NCBI GenBank assembly: GCA_016200255.1 | Contig: JACQFA010000002.1 | Location: 3,807-67,806 of the forward strand | Direction of reading: 5' to 3' | Length of the DNA stretch: 64,000 nt | Source: Nitrospirota bacterium | GTDB taxonomy: Bacteria > Nitrospirota > Nitrospiria > JACQBZ01 | Shown here: positions 53,136 through 61,434 of the stretch, piece after piece | Numbering within the stretch: the first letter of the stretch is position 1 | How the letters are laid out: the number at the start of each line of letters is the position of its first letter | Program-made: the position numbers and the translations under genes | The notes under the pieces: model-generated | Database searches by the model: none | What the model was told of the DNA's origin: nothing | Seen by the model: the letters and a program-made list of their open reading frames with translations, nothing else

Positions 53136-54468
53136 CATTCTTTCGACCCTCATCGGTTTGATGATTCTTTCGGGAACGGCCGCCGGCCCTGTCCTTGGGC
53201 AGACCTCCGAGCTCGTGTGCGACCTGAACGCTTGTCTGAACTATGCCGTGCATCACCGTCCGGAAGTTTCGGCGGCGGATGCCAAGGAGATCACCCAGAC
53301 GGCGGCGGTTTTTCTCAAAAAAACTCAGTTCCGTCCGACCCTCAATTTGTCAGGCGATATATCGTATGTCAACGGCGAGCCGACCAGCTACTTTGGCGTG
53401 GTCGGCGTTCCCGAGCCGGAGATCGTCAACCACCGGATTCTGTACAAAAGATATTACTCGGTCTCCGTGGAGTTGGATTATCCCATTTTCAAGGAAGGCG
53501 TTTTCTTCGGCATCGGGGCGCCTTCGGTCAATGCCGCCGAGGCCGATCGGAAAAGGGAAGCGAGTAATGTGGACATGATCAAAGAGGAGATCATCTCGTC
53601 CGTCAGCCAGACCTATGTCACGATTCTGAATACCCAGGGGGCGCTGGTTCTCGCGGAGGAGATGGTACGGGTCAATCTGCGTCGTTATGAGATGATCCAG
53701 GCCCAGGCCCGGCAACAAATCCTTTCGAAGGAGGATGTAAAGATCGCCGAGCTGGCCTGGCGGGCGAGCCAACAGACGGAGGAGAAGGTCCGGAAGGCCT
53801 TAACCTACCATTTGAATCAATTAACCCTGCAGGTGGGCGCCGGCCCGGAGATAACGATCCGGGTCAACGGCGAGCCGCCTGTTCATGATTCGATGCCGAC
53901 GCTGGACGCGCTGATCGGAAAGGCCCTTCTCCATAATCCGGCCGCCAGCAGTCAGGGGGCCACGATTGACGCGGCGCAAGCCGACCTTAAGACCACCCGG
54001 GCCCGCCGCATGCCCGTTTTGGATTTCATTAATAATTATATCTATGCGGATGATTTCCTGCCGCCCGGGAATAACTTTATGGCAACCATATTAAGGCTTA
54101 AGGTGCCGATCATCGATTTCGGACAGTATTCGTCCGATGCCCGGATGTCCGAAATGAAGGTTCGGGCTGCAGAAATGATGATGGCGGCGGTTCGATCCAA
54201 CATCACCCAGTCGGTGACGGATGCCTACACAAAGCTTCAGGATGACGGGGCTGCTCTGAATGTCTTGGATCTGCAGGTTCAGCAGGCCGAACTCCAGTTG
54301 AAGCAGGTTCAAGCGAAGGTCCTGCAGCAGATCCTGCCCCCTTCCGCGGCCCTGGATGCCGAGCAGGCGCTGGTCGATATAAAAAAAACCCGCCTTCAGA
54401 TGGAGCTTAATCAACGCATGGACGACATCGCATTACGACTCGCCGTGGGAGGACCGATCGATCTGTGA
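53113..54468 (+). CDS. TolC-family outer-membrane channel
   Basis: A signal peptide ('LIGLMILSGTAAGPVLGQ') is followed by two OEP repeats; 451 aa. Confidence 0.8.
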   Translation: MIRTRKTDILSTLIGLMILSGTAAGPVLGQTSELVCDLNACLNYAVHHRPEVSAADAKEITQTAAVFLKKTQFRPTLNLSGDISYVNGEPTSYFGVVGVPEPEIVNHRILYKRYYSVSVELDYPIFKEGVFFGIGAPSVNAAEADRKREASNVDMIKEEIISSVSQTYVTILNTQGALVLAEEMVRVNLRRYEMIQAQARQQILSKEDVKIAELAWRASQQTEEKVRKALTYHLNQLTLQVGAGPEITIRVNGEPPVHDSMPTLDALIGKALLHNPAASSQGATIDAAQADLKTTRARRMPVLDFINNYIYADDFLPPGNNFMATILRLKVPIIDFGQYSSDARMSEMKVRAAEMMMAAVRSNITQSVTDAYTKLQDDGAALNVLDLQVQQAELQLKQVQAKVLQQILPPSAALDAEQALVDIKKTRLQMELNQRMDDIALRLAVGGPIDL

Positions 54469-55931
54469 AACAGTCCCAGCGGATCGTCAAGAATGCCCTG
54501 TCCGGCGTCGGGGCCGAGTTGGCCGGCGGCGGCTTGAATTTTATCGCGCTGCTGCTTATCGCTCGGTCCTCCGGCGTGGACCGGTTCGGAATCTTCTCCT
54601 TTGTGCTCGCCTTTTCCGGGCTGTTTCAATTGGTAGCCGATTTCGGCTTGAGCAATATTCTGGTGCGCGAGATCAGCACGCACCGGGACCAGCTCGATCG
54701 ATATCTCGGCGCGGCCAAATCCCTGATCTGGATCCTCTCCTTCCTGACGTTCGCCGTCATGGTCGGCACGATTCATCTGATCGGACGATCACCGGAGGTC
54801 GTTCGATTGTCCTATCTCATGGGGTTGGCGGTGCTGGCGATGTTTCATGTGACGGGCTATGCCGCCGTCTTCCGCGCCTTCGAGGTGATGGAACTGAACG
54901 CCCTAGGGTTTGTCCTGCACAAGGCCTTTTTGCTTGGATGCGTTCTTCTCACCATCCTCGCCGGCGGCGGTTTGATGGGGTTTGCTCTGTCCTACTTGGC
55001 GGCGAATCTTGCGCTCTGGGGGTTTAATTACCTGCTGGTGCGGCGGCGGTACGTCCGGCCTCGGATGATCATGGACCGTCCGCTCTGGCGAGAACTGTTG
55101 ACCGAGGCCTACCCCTTGGGAATCGGGATGATCCTCCGACGGGTCACCTGGCATGTGGATTCGCTCCTGCTGACCTGGTTGTCCCTCCCTTCCGCCGTCG
55201 GGCTGTATAATGCGGCCTATCGAATCATCCAGTCCATAAGCCTTCTTCCCATGGCGCTGACCATCCCGCTCTATCCGGTTTTTTCAAGGCTGGCCGGATG
55301 TTCCCACGAAAAGTTGTGGGCCGCCTATCAAAAAAGCCTGATGTTTCTGGGGATCGTCAGTCTCCCAATGGCCGTGGGGCTCAGCGTCCTGTCCGAACGG
55401 ATCATCGGCCTGCTTTACGGGGAGGCCTATCTGCCCTACGCGCCAGCCCTGGCCGTTTTGAGCTGGGTGGTGGTTCTCCTCTTTTCCACCTCGCTTTATC
55501 TCTACCTCTACACGGCGCTGGGACGACAGCGGCTGTACACCTTCTGCGTCGGGACTTCCCTGGGGATCAACATCATCCTGGATCTGGTGCTGATCCCGAT
55601 CTTCGGTTTTATGGGCGCGTGTTATGCGACCTTGATTGCGGAGATCGTTTTGTTCGGCTTCGGCCATTACGGTCTGGTCAAGCTGGGCGGTCCCGCCGCT
55701 TTCTGGACGGTCCTCTGGCGCCCCCTGGCGGCCAGCTCGGTGCTCGGCCTGGTGCTCTATTTTTTAAAAGACTCCGCGCCGGGATGGATCCTGATCGGAG
55801 GCTTCGCGGGCCTGATCCTTTACGGGGTCCTCCTGCTGGTTTTCAAGACCTTCTCCCCTCAGGACTGGAGCCTGATCAAGGAGGGGATCGGCCGCCGCTT
55901 GTACGGTTCAAGGCCGGTTTCAGGAGGATGA
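54465..55931 (+). CDS. polysaccharide/oligosaccharide flippase (MOP superfamily, Wzx-like)
   Basis: 488 aa with ~12-14 TM helices. The N-terminus 'IVKNALSGVGAELAGGGLNFIALLLIARSSGVDRFGIFSF' is typical of the Polysacc_synt family. The GTG start overlaps the TolC stop. Confidence 0.8.
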   Translation: MKQSQRIVKNALSGVGAELAGGGLNFIALLLIARSSGVDRFGIFSFVLAFSGLFQLVADFGLSNILVREISTHRDQLDRYLGAAKSLIWILSFLTFAVMVGTIHLIGRSPEVVRLSYLMGLAVLAMFHVTGYAAVFRAFEVMELNALGFVLHKAFLLGCVLLTILAGGGLMGFALSYLAANLALWGFNYLLVRRRYVRPRMIMDRPLWRELLTEAYPLGIGMILRRVTWHVDSLLLTWLSLPSAVGLYNAAYRIIQSISLLPMALTIPLYPVFSRLAGCSHEKLWAAYQKSLMFLGIVSLPMAVGLSVLSERIIGLLYGEAYLPYAPALAVLSWVVVLLFSTSLYLYLYTALGRQRLYTFCVGTSLGINIILDLVLIPIFGFMGACYATLIAEIVLFGFGHYGLVKLGGPAAFWTVLWRPLAASSVLGLVLYFLKDSAPGWILIGGFAGLILYGVLLLVFKTFSPQDWSLIKEGIGRRLYGSRPVSGG

Positions 55932-55932
55932 C

Positions 55933-57174
55933 ATGACGCTGACTCAGCCGCTCTTTAAAGCGACCTGCCTCGCCGGCGCGCTTCTTCTACTGGCCAGCGG
56001 GGCCCTGGGATGGTTGTCGGCGCCGCTTTCGGGCTGGTTGAAGGGTTACGCGCTGGTTCCCTTCCGGGATCTGGTCCCGGCGTCGCCGCCTTTCCGCCTC
56101 CTGTCGTTCGGGGTGGCAACGTCGTTGCTGGGAGCGGTCGGGATTATTTTCTTCCAGGTCGAACGGGTTCGGTGGGTCGTCGGTTTTCTGGCCCTGGTGA
56201 TCGGGATCGGGTTTTTCTACCACCTGGCCTTTTTGAATCCGCATTGGTTCTGGCCGTTGCTGGATGAAAACCAGCAGTATCAGAGGGTCTTCAGTTTCTC
56301 GGCCAAATATCTGCCCGCGAATCAAGGGCGCGAGCCGGTTTTCCAGACCAACTTGAGCGGCGACGGCTTCAACGCGCGGCTCACCTCGTCGGCCTATTTT
56401 CTCGGGCTGGGCTGGGGCCTCGCCATGGCCGGCGCCGCGACCCTGATCGCAACGACGCGATGGCGCCGCTGGGGGTTCGGGGCCGTGTTCGGTTTCTTTA
56501 TCGTTGCGTCGATTCCATTTTGGTGGTCCGATTATCTGAGGGAGCGGGGCGACGCGGCCCTGGACCGGGGCCGGCCGCTTGAAGCCGTCCGGAATTATAT
56601 CGACGCCGGACGGATTGATTCCTACCTGGGCTTGAATATGGACTATCGAATCCATCTGGGCGAGGCCTATGACCGTCTCGGCCGTCGGGACGAGCCCGAC
56701 GCGCATCTCTATCAGGCGGATCTGTTGGAACGCGAGGGACGGACTCCGGAGGCGATGTTCGAGTTTGAAAAAGCGCTTGAGAAAAGCCGGGAGGCTTCCC
56801 GTCGTGTGAGCGAGACCGGACTGGCCATGCTGGACATCCTGTACGGTCTTGAACAATTTGGACTGGGGGACCAGGAGAAAAGCCTTCTCTTTTTCCAGAA
56901 AGCGATCGAGGTCGATTCCCGACAGGTCCAGGCCGATTACTATTCGGCGAAGGCCTATTTTGACCTGGGTCGCTATCCCGAGGCGATCGCGGCGAACCAG
57001 CGCCTGTTGCGGTCCGTCGGAAATTCAATCGTCCTGGCCAATGTCCATGCCAATATCGGGGACTGTTATTACCGGCAAGGGGAGTATGCCGCGGCCAAAC
57101 AATTTTATTCCCGGTCGATGGAACTGGACCGCTATCTCAATATCCGGGCGCTCAAAAGCCTGGTGGGACCTTAG
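55933..57174 (+). CDS. membrane protein (about 6 TM) with C-terminal TPR repeats
   Basis: CAGGAGGA RBS, with the ATG 1 nt after the flippase stop. The N-terminal half is hydrophobic. The C-terminal half carries TPR-like repeats ('AKAYFDLGRYPEAIAANQ','GDCYYRQGEYAAAKQFYSRSMELD'). Confidence 0.7.
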   Translation: MTLTQPLFKATCLAGALLLLASGALGWLSAPLSGWLKGYALVPFRDLVPASPPFRLLSFGVATSLLGAVGIIFFQVERVRWVVGFLALVIGIGFFYHLAFLNPHWFWPLLDENQQYQRVFSFSAKYLPANQGREPVFQTNLSGDGFNARLTSSAYFLGLGWGLAMAGAATLIATTRWRRWGFGAVFGFFIVASIPFWWSDYLRERGDAALDRGRPLEAVRNYIDAGRIDSYLGLNMDYRIHLGEAYDRLGRRDEPDAHLYQADLLEREGRTPEAMFEFEKALEKSREASRRVSETGLAMLDILYGLEQFGLGDQEKSLLFFQKAIEVDSRQVQADYYSAKAYFDLGRYPEAIAANQRLLRSVGNSIVLANVHANIGDCYYRQGEYAAAKQFYSRSMELDRYLNIRALKSLVGP

Positions 57175-57178
57175 TCGT

Positions 57179-60100
57179 ATGGCGCTTCCAAACTCTGCTC
57201 GCGTATCGGAACCCTCGCTGCTTTCTCAATCCAGGAAGTCGTTCCCCGGATGGCTCCTGGTCCTTTTGTTCGGAGGGACCCTCGGTTACTTTCTCTGGAA
57301 TACCTTTCCGGACCCAGTCCCCCATCTATACAACCCCTCCCTTCAATCGGCAGACTGGATCCGTCCCTCGGACAAAACACCTCAGGGGTATTTTCGTAAG
57401 GAGGTTTTCGTCGACCAGGCGGTTCGAGAAGCCTGGATCACCGTGGCCGCGACGGACGATTATCAGCTTTATCTGAACGGCGAATCGGTCGGCCACGAAA
57501 CGTTCATCTCGGCCAATGCCTCCGGCGTCTATGACGTCTCCCGCAGGCTGGCCTCCGGTAAAAACGTGATCGCGGCAAGCATTCACCGCCAGAGCTATCC
57601 GGGCCCCAGCCGCCTGGCCCTCCGGTTGGTCCTGCGGGATTACAGCGGCCGGGAACGGGTGGTGGTCACCGACCGGTCCTGGCGGGTGTCGACGCTTGAA
57701 GAGCGGCAGAACATGGGGCTCTTCATGTGGTACGCGCCGGACTTTAATGCAGCGCAGTGGGTGTTCGCGACCGATTCCGGCCCGGTCCGGGAAGGGGAGA
57801 TCATTCCGATTTCGTTTGATCCGGACTCCATCGGCGGTGCCCCGCGGGGTCGCTGGATCATGCATCCCGACCCGGGTTCAAGGTCGTCCTATTTTGAGAA
57901 AGAGGTGGCGCTGCCGTCCCGGGTCCGCGAGGCCTGGATCCGGATCTCGGCCTCGGAACATTATGTCCTTCTGCTGAACGGTTTTCCCGTGGCCGATCAG
58001 GACAGCGCCGAGGCGCAAATGGATCTCTATGACATCGCTCCTCTTCTGCGGGCCGGATCCAATCGAATCTCGATCGGCAGCATCAGTCATCTCGGTCCTC
58101 CGCGTCTCTTTGCGGATGGCCGGGTGCACACTCGAAACGGTCAGACGGTCTCGTTTGGGACCGACACAACCTGGACGGCGTCCCGTCTGGGCGGTTCGGG
58201 AACGATCCCGACGGGGGAAAAGGGGCTCCGTCCCACTGAGGCGAACCGGGCCGTCATGGCCGTGACGGATCTGTCTCTGACCGTCGGCGCTTTTAAGAAA
58301 TCCATCCGGACCCTCTTGCTTCCCACGGAGCTGACATGGCGGGCATACGGCCGTCTCCTTCTGTCGATCTCCCTCGGGATGTTCGCCGCCTGGGCGGCAT
58401 GGGTCGGATTCGCGTGGTTTCTGGCCCGCAGATTTCAAGACGACCGTGCCGGCACCCTCCGATCGGTTGCGTTCCTGTATCTTCCATCACTGCTTGGGCT
58501 GGGCGGCCTTCTCCTGCTGCGGTTCGATATTCGTTTTGATCCGTCCTTTCCATTTCAGGCCCGTTTCATCGCGCGGGCGGTGCTGCTTCTGCTTGTTTTT
58601 AAGACGATCTTCCTGATCGAACGGGGCCTGCGAGGCCAAACCGCGCCGGCCTCCGTCGCAAGGGCCGGGGCTTGGGATCGGTTTGAAGAATTTTGGTCAA
58701 GACGCGGATCCCTGTTGTGGACCCTTCTGATTTTCTGTCTCGTGTTTACGGGTCTGGGCATCCGGCTTCACGGGCTCGATGAGCAGTCTCTCACGCATGA
58801 TGAGGCGAGCCTGGTTCAATATGTCCAGGATATGAAACAGGGAGAGTATCCCACCAAAAAAATCGGGAGTCTGGACAAACCCCTGTCGACCTATGAATTG
58901 ATTCCCTATCCGGTCCTGCTCTCGGTTACGATACTCGGCTGGAGCGACTGGGCGGCCCGTCTGCCGGCGGCCCTCATCGGCGGGCTGACGATCCTGTTGC
59001 TTTACATCGCGGGTCGGGATCTCTTTAATCGCTGGGTCGGTCTTCTATCGGCCGCGATCTACGCCTTTTCCCCCTGGGCGATCATCTGGTCACAAAATCT
59101 TTTTTATCCCCAGCAAACCCAGTTCGCATCCCTTCTCACGGTTTACCTTTTCTTTAAAGCGATCCGCCATAAAACATTGGTTCCCCGTTATCTTTACCTC
59201 ACGGGGGCCTCGTTCCTGTTCAATTACCTGAGCTGGGAAGGGAGCGGTTTCGTCCTCCCGGCGCTCGGCGTGGGAATCATTGCCTACAAAGAAGATGATT
59301 TCAGCTGGCTGAAATCCGGGGCGATGTGGCGGGGGATGGGCGGGGTGGCCCTCGTGATCTACATTCAGTACAGCCTTCGTATCCTGACCCAGGATCCCTA
59401 TCTGGCCGTTGGCACCGGGCCGGGGGATATCAAGATCGATCCGCTCTTTTTCCTGAACGCGATGTACGATCCCTATTTCTATCTGCAGCATTTCTTCTGG
59501 CTGGAAGGTCATGAGATCCTGACGGTGCTGTTCATCTCCGGCGCCTTCCTGGTTGTTCGCGATCGCACGCTGAGATATTTGTACGCGATCCTCCTGTCCC
59601 TCTGCCTTGCCATGACCAATTTCCTCCCGGCCTATGCCCAGCGGTACTTTTATTACGCTCAGCCGTTGCTGATTCTATCGGCGGCTGCGGTCTGTGTCGC
59701 GCTGCTGCGGGGCCTGTACGATGCCCGGCCGGCGGATCTCATCCGGAATGCCTCCAGGGGTTTTTCGAGATGCTCCGTGTCCGTCCGAATTTTTACAGTG
59801 ATGCTGATTCCGGTCCTGGTCTTTCTATCGACCAATTCAACGGTTTTGAAACTCTACCGCTTCTCTGAAAAGATCGGGGAGCCTCCTCCGCAAACCCGGC
59901 TGGGGGTGTACTACATCGATTATCGATCGGCCAATGAATATCTTGAACGGTCCTTCCGCGAAGGCGATGCCATCGTGGCGGTGATGACCCATATGGTCTA
60001 TTATTATGCAGGGCTGAAGAGCGACTATAACTTCAATTCCACGCTGGCCTCGCGAAGCTACTATGATCCGGAGATTCGTCCGCCGCAATACCTGGACCGG

Positions 60101-60298
60101 TACATGGGAAATCCGGTGATGCGGGATTTCGGGGAGGCGCGGGACGTATTGCTGGGCCATCCGCGGGTCTGGATCGTCGCGGCGCCGTCGGACGGCTTCG
60201 TCTCCCAGAACGAAAAGGATCTGGTCCAGTATCTGCTGAACAACAGCAAGGTGATGTACGAGAGTTACAAGGCCAAGGTTTATCTCTGGAAGGGTTAA
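57179..60298 (+). CDS. large GT-C-fold glycosyltransferase (ArnT/PMT_2-like) with two N-terminal beta-sandwich (rhamnosidase-N / galactose-binding-like) modules
   Basis: The ATG at 57179 lies 4 nt after the upstream stop. The modules contain internal repeats 'YFRKEVFVDQAVREAWITVAATDDYQLYLNG' and 'YFEKEVALPSRVREAWIRISASEHYVLLLNG'. The C-terminal ~600 aa are polytopic, with 'SLTHDEASLV' and 'ARLPAALIGGLTILLLYIAGRDLF'. Confidence 0.75.
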   Translation: MALPNSARVSEPSLLSQSRKSFPGWLLVLLFGGTLGYFLWNTFPDPVPHLYNPSLQSADWIRPSDKTPQGYFRKEVFVDQAVREAWITVAATDDYQLYLNGESVGHETFISANASGVYDVSRRLASGKNVIAASIHRQSYPGPSRLALRLVLRDYSGRERVVVTDRSWRVSTLEERQNMGLFMWYAPDFNAAQWVFATDSGPVREGEIIPISFDPDSIGGAPRGRWIMHPDPGSRSSYFEKEVALPSRVREAWIRISASEHYVLLLNGFPVADQDSAEAQMDLYDIAPLLRAGSNRISIGSISHLGPPRLFADGRVHTRNGQTVSFGTDTTWTASRLGGSGTIPTGEKGLRPTEANRAVMAVTDLSLTVGAFKKSIRTLLLPTELTWRAYGRLLLSISLGMFAAWAAWVGFAWFLARRFQDDRAGTLRSVAFLYLPSLLGLGGLLLLRFDIRFDPSFPFQARFIARAVLLLLVFKTIFLIERGLRGQTAPASVARAGAWDRFEEFWSRRGSLLWTLLIFCLVFTGLGIRLHGLDEQSLTHDEASLVQYVQDMKQGEYPTKKIGSLDKPLSTYELIPYPVLLSVTILGWSDWAARLPAALIGGLTILLLYIAGRDLFNRWVGLLSAAIYAFSPWAIIWSQNLFYPQQTQFASLLTVYLFFKAIRHKTLVPRYLYLTGASFLFNYLSWEGSGFVLPALGVGIIAYKEDDFSWLKSGAMWRGMGGVALVIYIQYSLRILTQDPYLAVGTGPGDIKIDPLFFLNAMYDPYFYLQHFFWLEGHEILTVLFISGAFLVVRDRTLRYLYAILLSLCLAMTNFLPAYAQRYFYYAQPLLILSAAAVCVALLRGLYDARPADLIRNASRGFSRCSVSVRIFTVMLIPVLVFLSTNSTVLKLYRFSEKIGEPPPQTRLGVYYIDYRSANEYLERSFREGDAIVAVMTHMVYYYAGLKSDYNFNSTLASRSYYDPEIRPPQYLDRYMGNPVMRDFGEARDVLLGHPRVWIVAAPSDGFVSQNEKDLVQYLLNNSKVMYESYKAKVYLWKG

Positions 60299-61335
60299 GG
60301 CTTCGGGCTATTCGGGCGGGCGAGCCGTTGGACGGCGTACTGGAGATCATTGGATCGATCCGGATCTTGAAAGTCGGACTCATAGATTTCGAGGTAGCGG
60401 GCCCCGGCCGCTATCCCCCGGTCGATCGCCTCGCGGAGAGAGGTTGTGGAATCCGGCCGGCCCGGGCCGAGCATCTGGAAGCCGACCGGGGTTGTTTTGG
60501 AATAGTCCTTGATCAATCGGTAGAGGGGAAAACCCTCCCGGGTATGATCACTCAGCCAATTTCCCTGGATGCAAAACCGCCCGGGATACGTGCGGGCGCC
60601 GTACGCCAGGATCTCCTCCAGGCTGCCGTCGTTGTATAACGGGATGGAGATGTCCACGGCCAGGCCGTGGTCGGGAAAGGCCCTGGCATAGGCGTCGATC
60701 ACGGTCTTCCAGGCGGCGACCAGTTTGTCGCGGCGGTAGCCATTCTTCTCCCAGACGGCCCGGTCGTCCGGGGATTTTGGAAGATGCATCTCGGCCGTAT
60801 TGGCGGTGGGACCGGCCATCTGGATCAGGACGAGCGAAGGATCGTTGCGGTATCGTTGACCGAGGGCCGAGATGAAAGCGGTCCATCTCCCCAGATAGAC
60901 CGCATCCCAGGGAACCGGGATCTTGACCGTCTGACCCTGAAGCGGGTGGCCGATTTTGCGGACGGTATACCCAATCGTGCTCACGCCGGCCAGGGCCCAG
61001 TCCGGCGAATGGATTCCGGGCAGGATTCGAATTATCACTTTCTTCCCGGATGCCTTGGCCGCCCCGATGGTCTGATCGAGATACGACCAGTCATAGCCGT
61101 CTTCGCGGGGCTGCAGATCTTTCCAGGAAGTTCGAAGGCTGACCCCTGAGGCCGGATAACTCTCCAGGGTTTTGGATTCAATAGGCTCGTTGGGTTTCAG
61201 CAGTACATAAAGGCCGGTGAAGTCCGGAAGAGCGCCAGCCCATCCATGGGATGCGATCAGGAGACCGCACAATACGAGGATCGAACAGAACAATCGTCTT
61301 GAGTCTCGTGCAGCCGATTTTGCGATGCAGCCCAT
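60295..61335 (-). CDS. secreted TIM-barrel glycoside-hydrolase-like protein (family not resolved)
   Basis: The ATG at 61335 gives the signal peptide 'LFCSILVLCGLLIASHGWAG'. 'SLRTSWKDLQPREDGYDWSYLDQTIGAAKASGKKVIIRI' resembles GH5/GH42-type barrels. Its stop overlaps the convergent GT-C gene end by 4 nt. Confidence 0.55.
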   Translation of the reverse strand: MGCIAKSAARDSRRLFCSILVLCGLLIASHGWAGALPDFTGLYVLLKPNEPIESKTLESYPASGVSLRTSWKDLQPREDGYDWSYLDQTIGAAKASGKKVIIRILPGIHSPDWALAGVSTIGYTVRKIGHPLQGQTVKIPVPWDAVYLGRWTAFISALGQRYRNDPSLVLIQMAGPTANTAEMHLPKSPDDRAVWEKNGYRRDKLVAAWKTVIDAYARAFPDHGLAVDISIPLYNDGSLEEILAYGARTYPGRFCIQGNWLSDHTREGFPLYRLIKDYSKTTPVGFQMLGPGRPDSTTSLREAIDRGIAAGARYLEIYESDFQDPDRSNDLQYAVQRLARPNSPKP

Positions 61336-61434
61336 GAGAACATCGTACCGGATGCCCAGAAGGGCTGTCAAGCAGGCCGGGCGAGGGGGGTTGACTCTAA
61401 AGGCGTTTTTCTTGTACAGTATTGCTACGTTATT

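Noticed and set aside
56849-57178. N-terminal extension of the GT-C ORF overlapping the TPR gene by 326 nt (and likewise 51642..52004 for the HlyD-family gene)
   Set aside because: Both extensions lie inside well-supported upstream genes in another frame. In-frame ATGs at 57179 and 52005 sit right at the upstream stops.
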